This document shows positions 6,930 to 15,699 of a stretch of DNA of 17,404 nucleotides, piece by piece. Within the stretch, counting starts at the first letter, position 1, and every line of letters begins with the position of its first letter. Source of the stretch: Candidatus Babeliales bacterium (GTDB lineage Bacteria > Babelota > Babeliae > Babelales > Vermiphilaceae); the NCBI GenBank assembly GCA_044451405.1, contig JBIOKB010000020.1, positions 1 to 17,404 of the forward strand, written 5' to 3'. Made by a program: the position numbers and the translations under genes. Under the pieces are notes generated by a model, which worked only from the letters and a program-made list of their open reading frames with translations, was not told where the DNA came from and made no database searches.

Positions 6930-8288
6930 CTAGCACACCACTTCTTTCTTTCTGATCGCTTGGTCATAACGCTTAGATACATAAAGCGCAACAAAGAGCC
7001 ACGCAAAAATCATAGCGCCTGACAATGCAGTTACCAACGTTAAGAAGGCAGGAACACCTACTACTGCACCATATTTAGCTTTAAACGTACTTCTGAAGGT
7101 ATTAATCGCAGACCCTGTACCCTTAGAAGCTCTGCCACCAAACATTTCAATCCATGCTTGCGCTTTATACTTGGTATCTTTTGTTGTTGGAATGTAGAGC
7201 AATTTAAGCGTTGGCTGGTTAAGCGCATAGTTAACTGCTTTTGAGAACACCATAATCCAGAAGGCAATATTAAGTGCTGATGGGTTAAACTTCAAGGTAA
7301 CAATTGCTACTGCAACAAGCACTGGCAACAAGATTAATGAAGGTTTCATACCCAAGCGACGCTGAATGTTGTTAATACCTAAGAAGATACAGAGCGTTGC
7401 CACAATGCCCGTGTAGGTAGCATAGCTTGCCAAGTAAGCACTCACTTCTTTTTCAGAATGGAATGCCGCTTGAACCGTATCTTTAAAATGATAGTCAATT
7501 ACGGTAACAATAACTTCGTAAATAGTAATAATAAGGAAAATACCGAGCAAATATCCCTGCGTTGCTAATAACTTCAACCCCTCAAAGAATCCAGGCTCTG
7601 AATGCTTCTCTGCATCACCTTTTGCATGGTAACCAGTCATTTGAGATGTTGGAATCACACTCATGAATACCCATAACAATCCTGCCATAACAAACATAAG
7701 AACTGCACAGATACCAACCACAGGCGCACTATTTTCAAAACCTAAACGATGTGCTGTTAAGATCGTTGGCCCAAAAATGTTACCAACTTGGCCAAAAAGC
7801 CCGATGAACGGGAATCCGCGTTCTGCTGATTCAGGTTCAGTGATATCAGTAGTAAATGCCCAGAACAGTGCTACAAGCAATGAACCAAAGCTTTCAACAT
7901 ACACATACCAGAGCCATCCAAGAATACGCCCAGAATCTTTTACGGTATTAGCAAGACCCATTTCTGGATGCATAAAGAAGTAGGCAAAAAAGAAAGCTGC
8001 TATACCATATACACATGCAAGCGCATAGAACACACGATGACGCGGAAATGTATCAATAAGTTTGCCATATATGATGATAAGAGGAACGATAATTACTAAG
8101 GACAACATTTTTGCGTATGGCTGATACTCAACACCAACGATAGCAAAGAAGATGCTATCTTTCATAGGACGAAGCGCCCAATAGAGACCAATAAGAAGAC
8201 CGAAGATAAGTGCCAAGAGACCAAACTTTTTTAATTCATCTCTACTCTGAAAATTTCCCCATAACGCCGATGCAATACGTTTAAGCAT
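6930..8288 (-). CDS. Npt/TLC-family nucleotide (ATP/ADP) translocase, paralog 1
   Basis: LWG...ELKKF, LRPMKDS, YVYVESFGSLLVALFWAFTTDIT, SKAVNYALNQPTLKLLYIP, KAQAWIEMFGGRASKG; these correspond to TLC family motifs (RxxKD, ELWG..FW.FAN.IT, K..YIP, GKSGG). SD AAGGA. Confidence 0.9.
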   Translation of the reverse strand: MLKRIASALWGNFQSRDELKKFGLLALIFGLLIGLYWALRPMKDSIFFAIVGVEYQPYAKMLSLVIIVPLIIIYGKLIDTFPRHRVFYALACVYGIAAFFFAYFFMHPEMGLANTVKDSGRILGWLWYVYVESFGSLLVALFWAFTTDITEPESAERGFPFIGLFGQVGNIFGPTILTAHRLGFENSAPVVGICAVLMFVMAGLLWVFMSVIPTSQMTGYHAKGDAEKHSEPGFFEGLKLLATQGYLLGIFLIITIYEVIVTVIDYHFKDTVQAAFHSEKEVSAYLASYATYTGIVATLCIFLGINNIQRRLGMKPSLILLPVLVAVAIVTLKFNPSALNIAFWIMVFSKAVNYALNQPTLKLLYIPTTKDTKYKAQAWIEMFGGRASKGTGSAINTFRSTFKAKYGAVVGVPAFLTLVTALSGAMIFAWLFVALYVSKRYDQAIRKKEVVC

Positions 8289-8351
8289 ACATTCGTTCCT
8301 TTTTGAAACAGTAATTGAGTTAATGGTTTATATGACGACAATGTACAAGGA

Positions 8352-8380
8352 ATTGTAACAGAAGAACTCTTGTTTGTAAA
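8352..8380 (-). promoter_or_regulatory. Near-consensus sigma70 promoter for the translocase pair
   Basis: TTTACA-N17-TACAAT with extended -10 TG (TGT TACAAT). Confidence 0.65.
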
Positions 8381-8549
8381 AATGATTTATAAACAAAATC
8401 AACAACTTCATGGTACAACCAATTTTATTTTATTGCGGTTACCACCACCTTTCTGTTACTGGCTTTGTTAAGCTAAAACATTATTTGTATAGAAAGTTAT
8501 CCATTATGGCAACCCTTGCATTAATTCAAATTGAATAGTGATGTTGGAT

Positions 8550-8577
8550 TTGACAAAAAAAGCCGGTAATTTACGCT
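8550..8577 (+). promoter_or_regulatory. Putative sigma70 promoter for lon
   Basis: Perfect TTGACA, 16-nt spacer, TACGCT. Confidence 0.45.
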
Positions 8578-8651
8578 GAACATAGAAAAAAGGCTTGCTC
8601 TATTATAAAAGACTTTTATGCTATTTCTGCACGTTTAAAAAAAGAATCCCT

Positions 8652-11144
8652 ATGACTAAAAACAGTAAGAAATCAGAAGAAATTAACGCAAAAAAGACCC
8701 CTGAGGCTCAAGAGACGATATCCTTGTCCCCTGAGAATGTCCCCGTACATGAAGAGCGGGGCGAGTTTATGTCTTTGCTCCCATTAAAAGGGGTGGTCAT
8801 CCTTCCTAAAAGCATTATTCCTATTATTGTAGGGAGGGAAGCTTCAATCCAAGCCGTAGAATATGCGCTCAAGCATAACAATGCTATTTTCATCACCGGC
8901 CAACGGGACCCTAAGATAGAAACCCCTACCATATCCGATATGTTTATCTATGGTACCCGTTCTGCTATCCTCCAAGTTATGCGTATGCCTAACGGCTCAT
9001 TAAAAATTCTTGCTGAAGGTATGTACCGCTCAAAGATTTTAGCCACCCAAATGCATGAAGGCTTTTTAGGCGTCTACTGTGCTGACATTCCTACCACCGG
9101 CCTTGAAATGACGGTTGAACTTGAAGCAATCTGGCGTCAGTTAAAAAATCTCTATAGTGCGTATGCTAAGTTGAATGATAAAGCACCCGCAGATCTTTCA
9201 TTAGTCGCTAAAACACCTGAAGACATGGACTACTTAGGTGATACCATAGCCGTTCATGTTAATACGTTGTCCTGTGATGAACGCCAAACCATCTTGGAAA
9301 CAAACAATCTAAAAGATCGTCTACTAGCACTCTGCGACATGTTATCAAAAGAAATTGAGATCCTGGAAACTGAACAACGTATTCGTGGGCGCATTCAAAC
9401 ACAAGTTGAAAAAAGCCAGCGCGAATACTATTTAACCGAGCAGATGAAAGCGATCCAAAAAGAGTTAGGGCGTGAAGATCAATCTGCAGAAATTGCTGCT
9501 ATTAAAGCACAAATACGCACGCTCGGCCTTACTGCAGAAGCTAAGGAAAAAGTTGAAAAAGAGTTAAAGCGTCTTGAACAGATGCCTCCATTATCATCTG
9601 AAGCAGTGGTCAGCCGCCATTATGTTGATTGGATCATATCATTGCCATGGAAGAAAATAAGCAAGGATACCATCAGCTTGCCACAAGCAGAAAAAATTCT
9701 TAACAAGAAACATGCCGGCCTTATTAAAGCAAAAGAACGTATTATCGAATTTTTAGCGGCGAAAAAATTTTCTAAGAATCTTACTCGCTCTCCTATTCTC
9801 TGCTTAGTTGGTCCTCCGGGGGTAGGAAAAACCTCATTAGCCCAATCTATTGCTGATGCTCTTGGAAGAGAATTTGTACGTATTTCTCTTGGTGGCGTAC
9901 GCGATGAAGCAGAAATCCGTGGTCATCGTCGTACCTACATTGGTGCATTGCCGGGTAAAATTATCCAGGGAATGAAAAAGGCCAATTCGATGAATCCAAT
10001 CATCTTGCTCGATGAAATTGATAAGATGTCACGCGATTTACATGGTGATCCTGCATCCGCATTACTTGAAGTGCTCGATCCAGAACAAAATAAAACATTT
10101 ACTGATCATTATCTTGATCTTGAATATGATCTTTCTCAAGTTATGTTTATTGCCACTGCCAATATGATAGAAGGTATCCCGTATCCGCTGTTTGATCGCA
10201 TGGAAATCATCTCATTGAGCGGATATACCGATGATGAGAAAATTGAAATTGCAGAAAAATTTCTTATACCAAAAGATCTCCATGAATATGGATTGGCGTC
10301 TGAGCAATTTAAAATCTCACAAGAGATGCTCATGCTTTTAATTACCCAATACACCAAAGAAGCTGGGGTGCGCCAATTAGAACGCACTATTGCAAAATTA
10401 ATGCGTAAAGCAATTCAAACATTATTGAAAAATAATACCCCAAAAGCATCTATGGTAATTACTGAAGAGCTCATTAAAGAATGGCTTGGTAATCCTAAAT
10501 TCAAAAAAACAAGCCTTAATGAAAAGAAGGAACGCATCGGCCTTGCAACGGGGCTTGCATGGACTGAAGTTGGCGGCGACGTACTTGAAATAGAAACGAC
10601 CGCTATTCCAGGCAAAGGAAATTTAACGCTCACCGGTCAACTTGGTGAGGTTATGCAAGAATCTGCACAAGCAGCAGTTTCGTATATTCGTTCCCGTTCA
10701 AACAATCTTGGGTTGCCTGCTTCATTTTATAGTTCAAAGGATATTCATATTCATATCCCTGAAGGCGCTACACCAAAAGACGGTCCATCGGCTGGGATTG
10801 CTATATGCACCGCATTAATTTCCACCTTAACGCATACGCCCTCCGCTCATCATCTTGCTATGACGGGTGAAATTACTTTGCAAGGTCGCGTACTTGCCAT
10901 TGGTGGACTTAAAGAAAAGTTGCTTGCTGCAAAACAACATGGTATTACTACCGTTATTGTACCTCAGGAAAATCATGATGAAGTACAAGATATATTAAGA
11001 GAGATTAACATTGATGGTGTTAATCTTGTATTTGTACGTACCATGGATGAGGTGGTTAAGGCAGCTTTTGAAGAAAATCCTTTTGCAAAAGCTAAGAAGA
11101 AAAAAACAGTGCGTCAACGCGCACCAAAGACTAAAAAAAAGTAA
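8652..11144 (+). CDS. lon: ATP-dependent Lon protease (LonA)
   Basis: LON N-domain, QREYYLTEQMKAIQKELG, Walker A GPPGVGKT, RGHRRTYIGALPG, DEIDK, catalytic PKDGPSAG and GGLKEK. ATG 8652 preferred over TTG 8595; exact start uncertain. Confidence 0.97.
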   Translation: MTKNSKKSEEINAKKTPEAQETISLSPENVPVHEERGEFMSLLPLKGVVILPKSIIPIIVGREASIQAVEYALKHNNAIFITGQRDPKIETPTISDMFIYGTRSAILQVMRMPNGSLKILAEGMYRSKILATQMHEGFLGVYCADIPTTGLEMTVELEAIWRQLKNLYSAYAKLNDKAPADLSLVAKTPEDMDYLGDTIAVHVNTLSCDERQTILETNNLKDRLLALCDMLSKEIEILETEQRIRGRIQTQVEKSQREYYLTEQMKAIQKELGREDQSAEIAAIKAQIRTLGLTAEAKEKVEKELKRLEQMPPLSSEAVVSRHYVDWIISLPWKKISKDTISLPQAEKILNKKHAGLIKAKERIIEFLAAKKFSKNLTRSPILCLVGPPGVGKTSLAQSIADALGREFVRISLGGVRDEAEIRGHRRTYIGALPGKIIQGMKKANSMNPIILLDEIDKMSRDLHGDPASALLEVLDPEQNKTFTDHYLDLEYDLSQVMFIATANMIEGIPYPLFDRMEIISLSGYTDDEKIEIAEKFLIPKDLHEYGLASEQFKISQEMLMLLITQYTKEAGVRQLERTIAKLMRKAIQTLLKNNTPKASMVITEELIKEWLGNPKFKKTSLNEKKERIGLATGLAWTEVGGDVLEIETTAIPGKGNLTLTGQLGEVMQESAQAAVSYIRSRSNNLGLPASFYSSKDIHIHIPEGATPKDGPSAGIAICTALISTLTHTPSAHHLAMTGEITLQGRVLAIGGLKEKLLAAKQHGITTVIVPQENHDEVQDILREINIDGVNLVFVRTMDEVVKAAFEENPFAKAKKKKTVRQRAPKTKKK

Positions 11145-11178
11145 CATCTTTATAACCCTACTTACACGGAGCTTTCGA

Positions 11179-11400
11179 ATGAAAAAGCACCTTCTAGCGT
11201 TATTGTCAGTTGGTTCACTTGTAGCAATGTTGCCAGGATGTGGTAGCTGCTGCGAAAAGAAAGAAATGATGAAAGAAGTAACCACTGAAGAAACTGCAAA
11301 CAGCGAAGTAGCCGCAGTTGAAGCACAAGTAACTGAAGCTACACCAGCTCAAGAAGCTGAAGCAGTTCCTGCAGAAGATGCAGCAGCTGATAAACATTAA
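11179..11400 (+). CDS. Small acidic Ala/Glu-rich lipoprotein (73 aa)
   Basis: GGAG SD. MKKHLLALLSVGSLVAMLPG-C lipobox, then GSCC and an E/A/T low-complexity tail. Followed by a terminator. Confidence 0.75.
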   Translation: MKKHLLALLSVGSLVAMLPGCGSCCEKKEMMKEVTTEETANSEVAAVEAQVTEATPAQEAEAVPAEDAAADKH

Positions 11401-11419
11401 TAGCTTTCGCAATTAATGC

Positions 11420-11462
11420 ATGGAGAACCGTAAAACACTTACGGTTCTCCATTTTCGTTTTT
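11420..11462 (+). terminator. Rho-independent terminator
   Basis: ATGGAGAACCGTAA / TTACGGTTCTCCAT 14-bp stem followed by TTTCGTTTTT. Confidence 0.85.
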
Positions 11463-11516
11463 CTACTCGCCGTTTTGTGATCCGCAATACGCCATAGCTT
11501 TTAGCGAGTAGAAAAA
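11458..11516. repeat. Structured element E closed by a 13-bp inverted repeat, containing a repeat-family half motif
   Basis: TTTTTCTACTCGC / GCGAGTAGAAAAA, inner hairpin CGT-T-TTGTG/CGCAA-T-ACG, and CGCC-ATA-GCT-TTT-AGC-GA at 11490-11507. Confidence 0.55.
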
Positions 11517-11522
11517 AAACAC

Positions 11523-11552
11523 TTGCAAAATAGAAAAACACCCCTTTAAGAT
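11523..11552 (+). promoter_or_regulatory. Putative sigma70 promoter for the basic lipoprotein
   Basis: TTGCAA-N18-TAAGAT preceded by an A-tract (UP-element-like). Confidence 0.4.
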
Positions 11553-11596
11553 GGTAGAAGATAATATTGTCTAACCTCATTTTGGGAGAGTTGTTA

Positions 11597-11812
11597 ATGA
11601 ATACAAATTTAAAAAAGGTGTTACTCGCCTTAGCTTCTTTTGCGATAGTTGTAGGCGCGCCTGCATGCAAGAAAAAAGAAAAGAAAGAAGACAAAAAAGA
11701 AATGAAGCATGAAAAGAACCACCATCGTCACAAAAAACATCACAGAGACGAAGGTAAAGAAGGAAAAGAAGGCAAAAAGATGAAAAAACATAAAAAGATG
11801 GACATGGAATAA
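11597..11812 (+). CDS. Small Lys/His-rich basic lipoprotein (71 aa)
   Basis: GGGAG SD. MNTNLKKVLLALASFAIVVGAPA-C lipobox-like site. The 48-aa mature part has 19 Lys, 7 His and EGK repeats. Confidence 0.75.
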   Translation: MNTNLKKVLLALASFAIVVGAPACKKKEKKEDKKEMKHEKNHHRHKKHHRDEGKEGKEGKKMKKHKKMDME

Positions 11813-11831
11813 GCCTTCCCCATCATGAGAT

Positions 11832-11864
11832 TTAAAGGAGCGTGAGTAACTCATGCTCCTTTAA
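11832..11864. terminator. Bidirectional terminator between the convergent lipoprotein gene and recJ
   Basis: TTAAAGGAGCGTGAG-TAA-CTCATGCTCCTTTAA hairpin with one G.U pair on the + strand. Confidence 0.75.
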
Positions 11865-13585
11865 TTTTTAGCCACATCAATACCCTGCAACTCAATATTC
11901 ACCCGCCCATTCCAATGGTTCTCCATTACCTGACACACCATATCACACGATGTTTCACCTAATTGATTTAAAATAGGGAACAACTCTGGCCGATTAAAAA
12001 ACATAACCGGTTTAATCACCCCTTCAGAAAATACTGAGCATTTAACATGCGCATCTTTTAACAGCGTCGGTTTTTGCACCAACATCACATCTTTAATATA
12101 AAAAAGTGGTTGCTTGTTTTCATTACCAAACGGCTCTAAATGCTGCATATCAGCAAGCATTTTCTTAGTAGCATCGGGCAATGAAAGTTCTGCATCAACT
12201 ACTAATTTCTGTTTTAAATCAAACTCAGTTAACTGTGCTGCAATAAGTGTTTCAAGACGCTCTTTTAATGCGGGAATATGTTCTGCAGGCAAGCTTAACC
12301 CTGCTGCTTGTGCATGACCACCAAACTGTTTTAATAAATCACTGCATGATTGTAATGCATGAAACATATTAAATTCAGGAATTGACCGGCATGATCCTTT
12401 AGCAAGGCCATCCTTAGTAAGATGAAAGAGTAATGTTGGTTTGCCGTACGTGCTCACCATGCGTGAAGCAACTAATCCTATAACCCCGGGCGGCCACGCG
12501 TTATCAGATGCAATAATAATATGTTCTTTGCTCAAATCCATCCCACTGCGCACAATCTTTTGTTCAACTGACTGTACAATAGAACGCTCAATATCTTTGC
12601 GTGCCTGATTAAGCTCAAACAGTATTTTACCAACCTGCTCTACTTCTTGCTCATCTGATCCAATTAAAAAACGCACGCCTTGGCGCGCATCTTCTAATCG
12701 ACCTAATGCATTAATTTGTGGCGCAATAGAAAAACCAATATCGGTTGATGAAAGCACCGGTTTGCTGATATTGCCATTGTGTTTCAGCACTTTAAATGAA
12801 GGACTTTCTATCGCATTAATATACTGCAACCCATGGCGTACCCAGTACCTATTTTCACCAAGCAAAGGTACCACGTCAGCAATAGTTCCCAAGAGCAGCA
12901 ACTCGTATGCTTTGGCCGGCATAGTGCGCCCTAGTTTTTCATATAACAGCGACATAAGCTTAAATGATACGCCAACACCCGCAAATACTTTAAATGGGTA
13001 GGAACAATCCTGCTGGTGTGGATTAACAATAGCATACGCTTCAGGCATATGAGCGTGCGGTTTATGGTGATCAGTAATAATTAAATCAATGCCCCGCTCA
13101 CGTGCACGCAATGCTGGTTCAAATGCGGTAATACCGTTATCAACGGTAACTACCAACTTGTAGCCATTGTCTGCTGCACGATCAATAATTTTTGTTGAAA
13201 GCCCGTACCCATCTTTAACGCGATGCGGCAAAAAGAAATTGATCTGTGCGCCTAAGGGTAATAAACAGACCATCATGAGTGCTGATGAGGTTACCCCATC
13301 AACATCATAGTCACCCGCAATCAAAATCTTTTCATTATGTTGCAGTGCATACATGATACGATCAACTGCTTTGTCCGCATCTTTTAATTGGCTTGGATGT
13401 GCTACATCTTTTTCAAAGGTGCTAAATAAATAGGAATCAATCGCTTCTTTGGTGGCAAAACCGCGCGTGAGTAACGTTTGTGCGATAGGAAATGAAAGAT
13501 TATACGATGATGCAATAGAAAGTATCTGCTGCATATCAGTACTTGGTAATTTCCAGAGGTATTTGTGTCCTTGACGTGTGTGCAT
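11861..13585 (-). CDS. recJ: Single-stranded-DNA-specific exonuclease RecJ
   Basis: GDYDVDG, DGYG, TVDNG, TDHH, GTIADVVPL, INALGRL, GSCRS, FGGHAQAAG, LEPFG motifs. Confidence 0.97.
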   Translation of the reverse strand: MHTRQGHKYLWKLPSTDMQQILSIASSYNLSFPIAQTLLTRGFATKEAIDSYLFSTFEKDVAHPSQLKDADKAVDRIMYALQHNEKILIAGDYDVDGVTSSALMMVCLLPLGAQINFFLPHRVKDGYGLSTKIIDRAADNGYKLVVTVDNGITAFEPALRARERGIDLIITDHHKPHAHMPEAYAIVNPHQQDCSYPFKVFAGVGVSFKLMSLLYEKLGRTMPAKAYELLLLGTIADVVPLLGENRYWVRHGLQYINAIESPSFKVLKHNGNISKPVLSSTDIGFSIAPQINALGRLEDARQGVRFLIGSDEQEVEQVGKILFELNQARKDIERSIVQSVEQKIVRSGMDLSKEHIIIASDNAWPPGVIGLVASRMVSTYGKPTLLFHLTKDGLAKGSCRSIPEFNMFHALQSCSDLLKQFGGHAQAAGLSLPAEHIPALKERLETLIAAQLTEFDLKQKLVVDAELSLPDATKKMLADMQHLEPFGNENKQPLFYIKDVMLVQKPTLLKDAHVKCSVFSEGVIKPVMFFNRPELFPILNQLGETSCDMVCQVMENHWNGRVNIELQGIDVAKN

Positions 13586-13602
13586 AGCATACCCCGTGCG
13601 TG

Positions 13603-15105
13603 TTAGTCTTTTTTCTTCAGTGTCGGGAATAAGATAACATCTTTAATTGATGTCGTATTAGTTAAAAGCATCACCAGGCGATCAATACCGATACCAACAC
13701 CAACGGTAGGCGGCAACCCATATTCTAACGCATGCACATATTCAGCATCATAATGATGCGCTTCAGTGTCCCCTGCTTCACGCGCATGAACTTGTTCTTT
13801 AAAGCGTGCTGCTTGATCAAATGGATCATTTAACTCATTAAATCCGTTACTAATTTCCATGCCCGCAATAAACAACTCAAAACGTGCTGCAAGCTCAGGA
13901 TTATTCGGATCACGCTTTGCAAGTGGTGAAATTTCAACCGGGAACTGAGTAATAAATGTCGGCGCTTCTAATTTTTTTTCCGCACAATGTTCAAAAAGCG
14001 CTGCCAGTTTTTCACCCCACGATGCTTTGCTGTTGGCGAGTGTAATACCCTCTTTTTTGAGTACGTCATTTATGGCGTCACCCGTTACTTGTACTTTGGT
14101 GTAGTTGCCATAATGCATGACCGCTTCTTGCATGCTCATGCGTACAAAAGGTTTACTAAAATCAATGGTGCGATTACCAAAAGGAAGTTCAAGCGTACCG
14201 CACACATGCTGTGCAATATCGCGTATCATTTTTTCAACAAGGTCCATGGCGAAGTTATAATCTTGATACGCCATGTAAAATTCAAGCATGGTAAATTCAG
14301 GATTGTGCCGTGTTGAAATTCCCTCATTTCTAAAATTACGGTTAATCTCATACACCCGCTCAAAGCCACCGATGACAAGTCTTTTTAAATAAAGCTCTGG
14401 TGCTATGCGCAAATATAAATCAGTGTGCAGCGCATTATGGTGCGTAACAAATGGGCGCGCCGCAGCACCACCAGGAATTGGGTGCAGCATCGGTGTTTCT
14501 ACTTCAAGAAAATCATAGGAATCTAAAAATGAGCGAATGGCACGCACAACAAGCGAGCGCTTTTTAAAACGCTCTTTGCTTTCAGCGTTACTGATTAAAT
14601 CAAGGTAGCGCTGGCGATAGACCGTTTCAATGTCAGTAAGGCCATGAAATTTTTCTGGTAATGGATAGAGGCACTTACTTAACAAGGCAAGACCTGTTGC
14701 ATGAATGGTAATTTCGCCTGTTTTTGTTTTAAATGAAGGGCCAGTAAACCAGACAATGTCACCAACATTCAGTGTATGCTGCAATGTATTAAATGCAGCA
14801 TCACCAACCAGATCTTTTTTTACATACACTTGAATCCGCCCGGTACGATCGTGGATAACACAAAAGGCGGTTTTACCATGCTCGCGCACCGTCATTAATC
14901 GGCCGGCAATCATGTAGACCCGCGATTCAACCCCTTCTTTATATTCCTGCAGAACATCCTTGGTAGTGGCATTAACGTCTTTATTTGCCGGCCACGGGGA
15001 TTCCCCTGCAGTTTTTAACTGCTCAACTTTTTCTAGGCGGATGGCATGTTCAGCAGAACTATCGGGTGCAACATCATGAGGGGTAGAAGGATGAATCTCG
15101 TTCAT
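13603..15105 (-). CDS. lysS: Lysine--tRNA ligase (class II)
   Basis: OB fold (GKTAF, GEIT), YRQRYLDL, EVETPML, GGAAARPF, LRIAPELYLKRL, FRNEG, HNPEFTMLEFY, GIGIDRL. Confidence 0.98.
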   Translation of the reverse strand: MNEIHPSTPHDVAPDSSAEHAIRLEKVEQLKTAGESPWPANKDVNATTKDVLQEYKEGVESRVYMIAGRLMTVREHGKTAFCVIHDRTGRIQVYVKKDLVGDAAFNTLQHTLNVGDIVWFTGPSFKTKTGEITIHATGLALLSKCLYPLPEKFHGLTDIETVYRQRYLDLISNAESKERFKKRSLVVRAIRSFLDSYDFLEVETPMLHPIPGGAAARPFVTHHNALHTDLYLRIAPELYLKRLVIGGFERVYEINRNFRNEGISTRHNPEFTMLEFYMAYQDYNFAMDLVEKMIRDIAQHVCGTLELPFGNRTIDFSKPFVRMSMQEAVMHYGNYTKVQVTGDAINDVLKKEGITLANSKASWGEKLAALFEHCAEKKLEAPTFITQFPVEISPLAKRDPNNPELAARFELFIAGMEISNGFNELNDPFDQAARFKEQVHAREAGDTEAHHYDAEYVHALEYGLPPTVGVGIGIDRLVMLLTNTTSIKDVILFPTLKKKD

Positions 15106-15139
15106 GGCAGAATCTCAATAATAAAATAGGAGGATTATG

Positions 15140-15162
15140 GGGTACACAACAGACCAAGTATA
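15140..15162. repeat. Direct repeat copy 1 (includes the -10 box and TSS region of the lysS promoter)
   Basis: GGGTACACAACAGACCAAGTATA, 22/23 identical to 15594-15616. On the minus strand: TAGAAA-N17-TATACT. Confidence 0.85.
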
Positions 15163-15200
15163 GGGGATAATGGATTTATTTTCTATGTACCCTATTTTTC

Positions 15201-15572
15201 TTATAACTTCGATTTTAGACGCTTTTCTAATCTTGCATACCCAGAATTGTAGTGCAAAGAACGTCCGACAGACTCGTATACTCTATTTTCCCCATCCAAT
15301 ATACCATCGCCAATATCCAATTTTTCGATAATTTCTGCACTCGATTTTTTTATTTTATATCGAGGATTTTCGCAAGCTTTTACAAATTCATCGAGAGCGA
15401 CTAACTTTTCACGGGCATCTGATTCTAATTTAATAAACTTTACTAAAGCATTTCTTAACTGAGTCTCTCGCCCTTTACGCCACCATTCATAACTATCAAG
15501 AGTCTCTGAAACCATCGCATGACATTTTACAGTCGCTAACACTATCAATACTGAACAAGAAATAATTCTCAT
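15201..15572 (-). CDS. Hypothetical secreted protein (123 aa)
   Basis: GGAGAG SD before ATG 15572. Signal-peptide-like MRIISCSVLIVLATVKCHA-M. AT-rich. The longer track start (15623) runs through the promoter. Confidence 0.65.
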   Translation of the reverse strand: MRIISCSVLIVLATVKCHAMVSETLDSYEWWRKGRETQLRNALVKFIKLESDAREKLVALDEFVKACENPRYKIKKSSAEIIEKLDIGDGILDGENRVYESVGRSLHYNSGYARLEKRLKSKL

Positions 15573-15593
15573 TTTTCTCTCCATCAGGTTAAT

Positions 15594-15616
15594 GGGTACA
15601 CAACAAACCAAGTATA
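15594..15616. repeat. Direct repeat copy 2 (includes the -10 box of the orphan's promoter)
   Basis: GGGTACACAACAAACCAAGTATA. On the minus strand: TTGGCA (15634-15639)-N17-TATACT (15611-15616). Confidence 0.85.
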
Positions 15617-15699
15617 CCCGCACACCTTACTCTTGCCAAAAAATAACTCATTGTGCCACAACTAAGTAAGATCTCAGATAACTGTATGAGGAGACCGCT

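Noticed and set aside
8410-8538. 42-codon ORF and a DnaA-box-like TTATCCATT in the translocase-lon divergent spacer
   Set aside because: No SD for the ORF; a single 7/9 box is not evidence of oriC. No CIRCE (TTAGCACTC-N9-GAGTGCTAA) found upstream of lon.
10995-11854. Minus-strand Phe/Ser-rich ORFs and the 129-aa extension from 11011
   Set aside because: Antisense of K/E-rich lipoprotein genes; the extension overlaps lon, whereas ATG 11179 has an SD and a signal peptide.
12114-14316. Short ORFs within recJ and lysS
   Set aside because: Shadow frames of conserved genes.
15140-15616. Direct repeats as a CRISPR array, integron attC sites or T-box leader of lysS
   Set aside because: Only two copies 454 bp apart, no cas or integrase gene, no RYYYAAC...GTTRRRY attC architecture, and no T-box consensus.
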